Source of the DNA: an uncultured Pseudomonadota bacterium
GTDB taxonomy: Bacteria > Pseudomonadota > Alphaproteobacteria > JACZXZ01
Direction of reading: 5' to 3'
DNA length: 64,000 nt
Assembly: GCA_963749075.1 (NCBI GenBank)
Contig: CAVVLJ010000002.1
Location: 96,001 to 160,000, forward strand
In this document: positions 57,637 to 64,000 of the stretch, piece by piece
Layout: the number at the start of each line of letters is the position of its first letter
How positions within the stretch are numbered: position 1 is the stretch's first letter
Translations under genes and position numbers: made by a program
Notes under the pieces: generated by a model
Told to the model about the DNA's origin: nothing
What the model saw: the letters and a program-made list of their open reading frames with translations, nothing else
The model's database searches: none

Positions 57637-58647
57637 CTATTCCGATATCTTTACCACGGATGAGGCTGTAGTTTGCTTTTGATACGACCCCAAGTAGTCA
57701 CGCAGGAATTTGAAGAATATCCCCTTTAAAAGAAGGCGGTCCACGAAGACCAGTATGCAAATTGGAATTACTACAAGGCCCGTGAGCGTGGCCACTGGCG
57801 AATTTGAGCCCAAAAATTTACCAATTCTCTCATAGTAATATAAGCCCAACGCAACGAGCAGCGAAAATAAAACAAACAAAGTAACAGCTCTGGAAATAAC
57901 GATCGTCTTATAAGCATAGTTCGCGTTGCGATTCTTCTCGGTGGGGATTGCCGTCATCTTCTCGGTAGGGATTGCCGTCAATTGTTCAATTAACTGCTTT
58001 ACGGGACTGAAACTGGAAATGTAGGCATCGTCTCGATTTGCATCTTTTGTTTTGCCAGTTTCTTTATCCGAAACGAGCATCCGATCCGAAATCAATAGCG
58101 GAATTGTGCAACTATGGACAAAGTTATCGAGTTGGTGATCATCGCCAACTCCTATAGTGATATCGTATTTCTTAACACGGTTTTCGACGAATGTTCTCTT
58201 TTGATTTGGATTAATTGGCGTTTCGCATGATTCTATTTTGTCATTCTTATCAAATTTATATATAGAGCAATAAACGCGCTCCGCCGGGATACCATACTCT
58301 TCGGCAAGTGAGTCTATATAATAATTTGGCCCACTGGAAACAAGATACACATGGATTTTACTGGCTTCGGGGTTTTTATCGTCTTTATTTCCTAAGCTTA
58401 AAAACTGACGAGCGAAATCCCGCAATTTTACTTTACGATATGTTTCCCGAGCTTGACCCCGAGAAAATCCCCTGTTCGCGAATAGCTTTGATATATTATC
58501 ACCAAATGTTCCAGATTCCTGAGTTTTCTGGAACTCCGTTTCAACGGGCTCGTACTCTTTTACGCATCCGAGTGCTTCTGCGTATATTCTTTGAATGAAT
58601 CCTTCTGTGAGCGTGTGATCAACATCGAGAAATATGCCTATGTTCAT
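57637..58647 (-). CDS. HAD-superfamily phosphatase (PSP-like) with two C-terminal TM helices; low GC
   Basis: FLDVDHT (DxD), LVSSG, QK, GVGDD..D; AT-rich; GAGGAGG RBS. Confidence 0.85.
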   Translation of the reverse strand: MNIGIFLDVDHTLTEGFIQRIYAEALGCVKEYEPVETEFQKTQESGTFGDNISKLFANRGFSRGQARETYRKVKLRDFARQFLSLGNKDDKNPEASKIHVYLVSSGPNYYIDSLAEEYGIPAERVYCSIYKFDKNDKIESCETPINPNQKRTFVENRVKKYDITIGVGDDHQLDNFVHSCTIPLLISDRMLVSDKETGKTKDANRDDAYISSFSPVKQLIEQLTAIPTEKMTAIPTEKNRNANYAYKTIVISRAVTLFVLFSLLVALGLYYYERIGKFLGSNSPVATLTGLVVIPICILVFVDRLLLKGIFFKFLRDYLGSYQKQTTASSVVKISE

Positions 58648-58773
58648 GCCGATCCTCCTCTGGAATAGCCTAAGCGCGGGCGTATCCATCGGTCATCCCA
58701 CAACCGCCAGTGTTGCATATTTCTCGCCGCCGACGCAACTGACGATGAATCCTGGTATAGCCAAATTAATTTC

Positions 58774-59265
58774 GTCTCTTCGACGCTCCAAGTGGATTTG
58801 AGGATGTCGGGGAGCAGGGCAGCAAGCAAGTAGATGATGGTGACGAAAGTGGCGCCGGTTCGATAGCCGCTGGCGCGAGCTCTGGCCGCTTGGAAGAGGC
58901 TGTTGAGGGCCTCGGGGCGCGCATTGGAAGCGGCACCCGCGCCGCGATGAAGCAATGGTGCTGGAAGAAGTTCAGATGCTTCCAAGTGAACCTGGCAAAG
59001 TCGTGCGCCTTACAGCCACGACCGCACCCCGGGCAGGCGAACGGCGCACCCCGCCCCGCGATCACCTCCAGGTGCAGCTCATGCGGCCGCTTCTCAGTGT
59101 CCAGACGCTGCCCCGCAAGCTTCCAAGGCGCACTTAAGCCGAGCCCGACCGCAAACACATCCCGCGCGTCCATCCCGCCCTCCCATACCGACGCCAAGGC
59201 AGCATGGAGGGCGCCGAACCGCTATGCAACTCACTGCCGGATTCCACTTGGAACATCAAGGAACC
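58774..59265 (-). mobile_element. internally deleted ISL3 derivative (MITE-like, 492 bp) with both ends
   Basis: Imperfect 25-bp IRs sharing TCCAAGTGGA; transposase N-terminus (CPGC..WKHLNFFQH) fused to C-terminus (ARARASGYRT). Confidence 0.8.
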
Positions 59266-59379
59266 CGTAAAGGCTTATTGGAGCATTTATTCAGCTAATC
59301 CGTTCAGCAAAATCGGTCAACGACCGACCTTCGAGCGAAGCGATCCCAAGAACATCGCGTACGGCCGAGCCGCGCCGGA

Positions 59380-60675
59380 CTACCCCTCGATATTCTCCGC
59401 CACCCGCCGCTGCAACTCCGCAATGTCAATCTGATCGACGGCGCCGCTCCCCATGAGGTCGAGCGCGTGGGCCGCGGCGGCGCCCATGGCGATGCAGGGG
59501 CCCATGACGCGCACCGAGGCGAGCGCTGCGGGCTCGCCGTCGATGACGCGGCCGGCGGCGACGAGGTTGTCCGCCTCGCGCGGCAGCATGGCGGCGAGCG
59601 GCACGTAATGCATGTGGTCGTCGCCGAAGACCTCCCAATGCACGCCCTCTTTGCGGTCGTGGAGCTCGATCGGCCAGGAGCAGCGCGCGATGCGGTCGGC
59701 GAATTTGACGCCCTCGCGCACCTCGGCGGTCGTGAGCTGGTGCCGGCCCTCGATCCAGCGCGTCTGGCGCACGCCGGGGAGGCCGTAGCTCCTCACGCGC
59801 GCGCGGGCGAAGGCCGAGGGGAACTCGGCCGCGAGGAACTTCACGAGGCGGTCCGCCTGGGCGCGGCCCTCGAGCACCATGCGCGAGGCGCCCACGGGAT
59901 CGAGCGGCGTCTCGATGTGCGTCATGTTGACCAGCACCTCGTCGGCCGTCTCGCTCTCGCCGGGGAAGGCGAAGGCGAAGCCGTCGCAGCGTACGAGGCC
60001 GTAATCCTTGCCGCGGCTCGCGAGCCGGGCGTGGAGCTCGGGGAAGGAGAGGGCGGCGAGGCCCGCGCGCGCCACGCCCTCGAGCGAGAAGACGAGGGTG
60101 CCGTAGATGGGCTCCAAGGGCTCGCGCACGGCGAGGCCCGCGGTCCAGGCAAGTGCTGCGTCGCCCGAGGCGTCGACGAAGCCCTGCGCCTCGACGCGGA
60201 GCGCTCCGTAGCGCGTAGCTAACAGGAGCGCCTTGATGCGCCGCCCGTCGCGTTCGACCGCTGAGAGCACGGCACTCAGCACCGGGATGACGCCGGCGGC
60301 ATGCACCGCCTCCTCGATCCAGCGGCCGAGCGCCGCCACCTTGTACTGCACCACGGTCGTATTGCGCCGGTGCTCAAGGTAATGGAGGGCGCCTGCGCTG
60401 CCGAGGTCGGCGAGGATGCGGTCGGCGATGCCGTGGGTCACCTGGCGCGGCTCCGGCCCGTTGGCGAAGAAGCCGCAGAAGGTGCCGATCATGGCGCCGA
60501 CCGACTGGCCGCCGAGCGCGGGGGCGGCGTCGATGAGCACGGTGCGGCGGCCGAGCGCTGCCGCCTCGAGGGCCGCCGAGACGCCGGCGATGCCGGCGCC
60601 GAGCACGGCGATCTCCGCCTCGAGGCGCTGCGGCGGTGTCGCCTCGCGCCGATACGTGCGCGTGCCCTCCGTCAT
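59380..60675 (-). CDS. FAD-dependent oxidoreductase
   Basis: GAGIAG, DASGDA, GVRQTR, AAGR, RVMGPC.AMG.AA. Confidence 0.88.
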   Translation of the reverse strand: MTEGTRTYRREATPPQRLEAEIAVLGAGIAGVSAALEAAALGRRTVLIDAAPALGGQSVGAMIGTFCGFFANGPEPRQVTHGIADRILADLGSAGALHYLEHRRNTTVVQYKVAALGRWIEEAVHAAGVIPVLSAVLSAVERDGRRIKALLLATRYGALRVEAQGFVDASGDAALAWTAGLAVREPLEPIYGTLVFSLEGVARAGLAALSFPELHARLASRGKDYGLVRCDGFAFAFPGESETADEVLVNMTHIETPLDPVGASRMVLEGRAQADRLVKFLAAEFPSAFARARVRSYGLPGVRQTRWIEGRHQLTTAEVREGVKFADRIARCSWPIELHDRKEGVHWEVFGDDHMHYVPLAAMLPREADNLVAAGRVIDGEPAALASVRVMGPCIAMGAAAAHALDLMGSGAVDQIDIAELQRRVAENIEG

Positions 60676-61484
60676 CGCCAGCGCAAGAGCCAGGCCTCGA
60701 GCCGCGAGAGCGCGAAGCCGATGAGGAGGCCGAGCAGCGAGAGCACCGCCACGCCGGCCAGGAGCTGGTCGACGCGCAGGAGATTGCCCGCCTCGAGGAG
60801 GAAGGCGCCGATGCCGCGCCTGGTCGCGATCATCTCGGCCGCGACCACGAGGATGAGGGCGATCGAGGCCGTGATGCGGAAGCCCGCGAGGATGCCGGGG
60901 AGTGCTCCCGGCACGATCACCTTGGCGACGATCGCCGCCCACGGCAGATCGAAGCTCTGCGCCATGCGGATCAAGTTGCGCGGCACCGCGTCGACGGCCG
61001 AGAAGGCGGTGATCGCGGTCGGGAAGAAGACGCCGAGCGCGATCGTCGCGATCTTCGCCGGCTCGCCGATGCCGAGCCAGAGGATGAGGAGCGGCAAAAG
61101 CGCAATCTTGGGGATGGGGAAGAGGGCCGAGACGATCGGCAGGCCCGCCGCGCGCGCCGCACTGAAGATGCCCATGGCGAGGCCGAGGGCGAGGCCTCCT
61201 GCGGTGCCGAGGAGCCAGCCGCCGACGATGCGCCAGAGCGAGGCCGAGAGGTTCAGCCAGAGCGTGCCGTCGGCGGCGAGGCGCCAGAGGGCCTCGCCGA
61301 CCGCGACGGGGCTCGGCAGGAAGAGATCGCTTACCAGGCCGAAGCGGCTCACACCCTCCCAGGCGGCAAGCACGGCCAAGAGGCTCAAGGCGGCCACGCG
61401 CGGCCGCGCCGAGATCACGAAGCCGCCGCCGCGGAAGCGCATGGCGGCCGCAGGCTCCGCTCCGGATGAGGCGATGTCAGTCAT
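60672..61484 (-). CDS. NitT/TauT ABC permease
   Basis: PIPKIALLPL, VAAEMI. Confidence 0.92.
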   Translation of the reverse strand: MTDIASSGAEPAAAMRFRGGGFVISARPRVAALSLLAVLAAWEGVSRFGLVSDLFLPSPVAVGEALWRLAADGTLWLNLSASLWRIVGGWLLGTAGGLALGLAMGIFSAARAAGLPIVSALFPIPKIALLPLLILWLGIGEPAKIATIALGVFFPTAITAFSAVDAVPRNLIRMAQSFDLPWAAIVAKVIVPGALPGILAGFRITASIALILVVAAEMIATRRGIGAFLLEAGNLLRVDQLLAGVAVLSLLGLLIGFALSRLEAWLLRWR

Positions 61485-62250
61485 CGATGCGTTCGCGCTC
61501 GGCTTCGAGCGCCTCCCCTCTAATGAGATGCCAGAGATGCTGCTCGAGCTCGGCCATCGCGCGCGCGGCCGCGGGCTCGGCGCGCTCGGCGCGGGGCAGC
61601 GCGACTTGCAGGACCTCGCGCACGCGGCCCGGACGGCGCGAGAGCACCGCCACCCGGTCGCCGAGCCGCACGGCCTCGGCCAAGTTGTGGGTGACGTAGA
61701 CCGCCGTCACGCGGGCCTCCTGCCAGAGTGCTAGGAAATCCTCGATGAGGAGCTCGCGCGTCTGGGCGTCGAGGGCCGAGAGCGGCTCGTCCATGAGGAG
61801 TATCTCGGGCTCGACCACGAGCGCCCGTGCAATGCCGACGCGCTGGCGCATGCCGCCCGAGAGCTGGCGCGGATAGGCGTCCGCGAATTCGGCGAGCTTG
61901 GTGCGCGCGAGCACGGCCTCGACGCGCTCGGCCCGCTCGCGCCCGCCGAGGCCGTGGTGCTCGAGGGCGAAGGCGACGTTGCCCGCGACCGTGCGCCAAG
62001 GGAGGAGGGCAAAATCCTGGAACACGTAGGTCAAGGGGTTGAGCGAGGCCGCGCGCGGCGCGCCCCTCAGCGCCACGCGGCCCTCGCTCGGCTTGAGGAT
62101 GCCGCCCATGATGCCGAGGAGCGTCGACTTGCCGCAGCCCGAGGGTCCTACGACGGCGAGGATCTCGCCGGCCGAGACGCTCAGGTCGATGCGCTCCAAG
62201 GCCCGCACCTTGCCGTAAGCATGGCCGACCCCTTCGACGAGCAGGTCCAT
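61477..62250 (-). CDS. NitT/TauT ABC ATP-binding protein
   Basis: GPSGCGKS, LSGGM, LMDEP, VTH. Confidence 0.94.
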   Translation of the reverse strand: MDLLVEGVGHAYGKVRALERIDLSVSAGEILAVVGPSGCGKSTLLGIMGGILKPSEGRVALRGAPRAASLNPLTYVFQDFALLPWRTVAGNVAFALEHHGLGGRERAERVEAVLARTKLAEFADAYPRQLSGGMRQRVGIARALVVEPEILLMDEPLSALDAQTRELLIEDFLALWQEARVTAVYVTHNLAEAVRLGDRVAVLSRRPGRVREVLQVALPRAERAEPAAARAMAELEQHLWHLIRGEALEAERERIDD

Positions 62251-62263
62251 GGTTCCCCGGACT

Positions 62264-63280
62264 TCACTTGGGCATATCGAGATGGCCCTTGATGAAGGAG
62301 AGATCGAGGAAAGTCTTGGCGTCGACCGATTTGTCGAGCAGGCCCTGGGCCTGGTACCAGGCGACCTGGTGATAGACGTCGGCGACCAGGAGGCGGCCTT
62401 CAGGGTCGATGAAGGCGATGCTCTTGGCCACCTGCTCGGGCGGCTGTCCGATGTATTTGCCGATGAGCGCGAGGGCACTGGCGCGCTCGGGCCCGCCCAC
62501 CACCTTGCCCGCGGCGTCCTTGGCGAGGAGCTGGTCGTAATAATATCGCGCACCCTTCTGGTAGGCGCGCACGAACTTCTCGAGCGTCGCGCGGTGCTCC
62601 GCCACTTCCTTGGGCGAGGTGAAGAGGGCACCCAGCTGCCACGGCGTCTCGTCGCCGACCCAGCCGAGGAGATGCGCCTTGCCGCGCTCGACGAGCGGGA
62701 CGGCCGTGGTCGCGGGCATGAGCGCGCCGTCCACCTGGTTGCCCTCGAGGGCGGAGGCCATGTTGGGCAGCGACTGCATGGGGACGAGATCGACGGAGGC
62801 GAGCGGGAAGCCGAGCTTCTGGGCGAGGAGGCCCAACGAATAGTGGAAGCTCGAGCCCACTTGCGTGATGGCGATCTTCTTGCCGGGGAAGTCCTTGAGG
62901 CTCTTGAAGCCGGCGTCATAGGCCTTGTCGGCGGCGACGTAGGCGATGAGGCGATAGCCCGGCTCCTCGCGGCTCTGGGCGCCGATCACGGTGATGCCGC
63001 CCTTGCCGGCGAGGCTGAAGAAGCCGGCGGTGAAGGCGGTGACGCCCACGTCGATGTCGCCCGAGACGACCGCCACCGCCACGGGCTGCGCCGCCTGGAA
63101 GTAGACGAGCTTGGCCAAGAGCCCCTCGTCCTTGAAGTAGCCCTTGTCGTCGGCGATGAAGATCGGCCCGCTCGAGGCGAGATGCAGCACGCCGATCCTG
63201 ATCTCCTCGGCTAAGGCGCCCGCGCTCCCGAGAACCAATGCAAGGAGACAACAGCAGGCAAGAAACAAGCGCTTGAGCAT
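62264..63280 (-). CDS. NitT/TauT substrate-binding protein
   Basis: Signal peptide, KGYFKDEGL, GKKIAITQ. Confidence 0.9.
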   Translation of the reverse strand: MLKRLFLACCCLLALVLGSAGALAEEIRIGVLHLASSGPIFIADDKGYFKDEGLLAKLVYFQAAQPVAVAVVSGDIDVGVTAFTAGFFSLAGKGGITVIGAQSREEPGYRLIAYVAADKAYDAGFKSLKDFPGKKIAITQVGSSFHYSLGLLAQKLGFPLASVDLVPMQSLPNMASALEGNQVDGALMPATTAVPLVERGKAHLLGWVGDETPWQLGALFTSPKEVAEHRATLEKFVRAYQKGARYYYDQLLAKDAAGKVVGGPERASALALIGKYIGQPPEQVAKSIAFIDPEGRLLVADVYHQVAWYQAQGLLDKSVDAKTFLDLSFIKGHLDMPK

Positions 63281-63468
63281 TCTCAATCCTCCCGGGCGCC
63301 GCGGTCAGGCGCGTCTGATTTGCGCCGACGCTAGCGGAATCGGGCGAGTGGCGCAAATACTTGAGGTCGTCCGGCGGATGAAGACGAGACCGCATGCCTC
63401 TCGCGCGCGACGATGCAGGGCAATGGCCCGGGCTTGTGGTTCACCGCCGCGCGTAGTATGTTTCTGCC

Positions 63469-63756
63469 GTGATCGTCTCCTGGCGCAACGCGGCCAGCCG
63501 GAAGGTCTGGGAGGGGGAGAAGCCCAACCAGTTCCGCGGCCTCGATTTCGAGCAGGCCGTCGATCTTCTTCTCGCACTCAATGTCGCTCGCTCCCTCGGC
63601 GATCTCAGTCCGCTCAAGAGCGTCGGGCTGCATAAGCTGAAGGGCGATCGTCACGGCCAGTGGGCGATGACGGTCAACGGCCCTTGGCGGATTTGCTTCG
63701 AGTTTCGCAAGGGCGACGCTTTCGCCATGGAGATTGCCGACTATCACAGAGGGTAA
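63469..63756 (+). CDS. higB: HigB (RelE/ParE-like) toxin
   Basis: LHKLKGDR.GQW..VNGPWRICF..DYH. Confidence 0.92.
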   Translation: MIVSWRNAASRKVWEGEKPNQFRGLDFEQAVDLLLALNVARSLGDLSPLKSVGLHKLKGDRHGQWAMTVNGPWRICFEFRKGDAFAMEIADYHRG

Positions 63757-64000
63757 TGGCCATGACCCCCGTAGCACATCCCGGCCGGCTGCTGAAGCGT
63801 GAGCTGAAGGCGCTCGGCGTAAGCGCAAATCGGCTGGCGCTCGACCTCGGCGTGCCGTCGGGGCGGATTACCGACATCCTCAATGGGCGGCGCTCGATCA
63901 CCGCCGACACCGCCGTCCGGCTTGGCCGGCATTTCGACAATGGTGCTGCGTTCTGGCTTGCGCTGCAGAGCCAATACGAGATCGCCGTGATCGAGCGGGA
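63756..64000 (+). CDS. higA: HigA antitoxin, truncated by the window end
   Basis: HPGRLL, SANRLA.DLGVP.GRI..ILNG.R.IT.DTA.RL..F..FWL.LQ..Y. Confidence 0.92.
   Translation, partial: MAMTPVAHPGRLLKRELKALGVSANRLALDLGVPSGRITDILNGRRSITADTAVRLGRHFDNGAAFWLALQSQYEIAVIER

Noticed and set aside
58764-59275. Target-site duplication around the ISL3 derivative
   Set aside because: The flanks (AATTAATTTC vs CGTAAAGGC) do not match

Overview
GC-rich (by eye about 70%) alphaproteobacterial-type chromosomal segment. The backbone is mostly catabolic and transport genes: hydantoin/N-carbamoyl pathway, a sugar-acid/CoA cluster, two NitT/TauT-type ABC systems, alr, asnB, lptF, an amidase and a GMC oxidoreductase. 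It is peppered with small accessory insertions. Highlights: (1) a fully delimited 3.1-kb IS1595-family cargo element (8489-11611, 22-bp terminal IRs, 8-bp TSD) carrying a DUF3800/RNase H-like gene, a convergent ~40-nt structured RNA with its own near-consensus sigma70 promoter, a micro-protein and a HEPN-motif protein; (2) 39 bp further on, an ORF-less group II intron (11651-12375) whose EBS1 still matches its 5' exon; (3) an MmeI-like restriction-modification gene inserted into an operon between 71-bp direct repeats with no recombinase; (4) a low-GC HAD+TM gene between ISL3 relics; (5) four toxin-antitoxin loci, one with an internally deleted toxin; (6) a barrel / beta-propeller-caspase / MORN locus; (7) an ammonia-lyase homologue lacking the MIO triad next to a hydantoin pathway; (8) several palindromic repeat elements. 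All product calls come from motif recognition by eye; no database searches were run.
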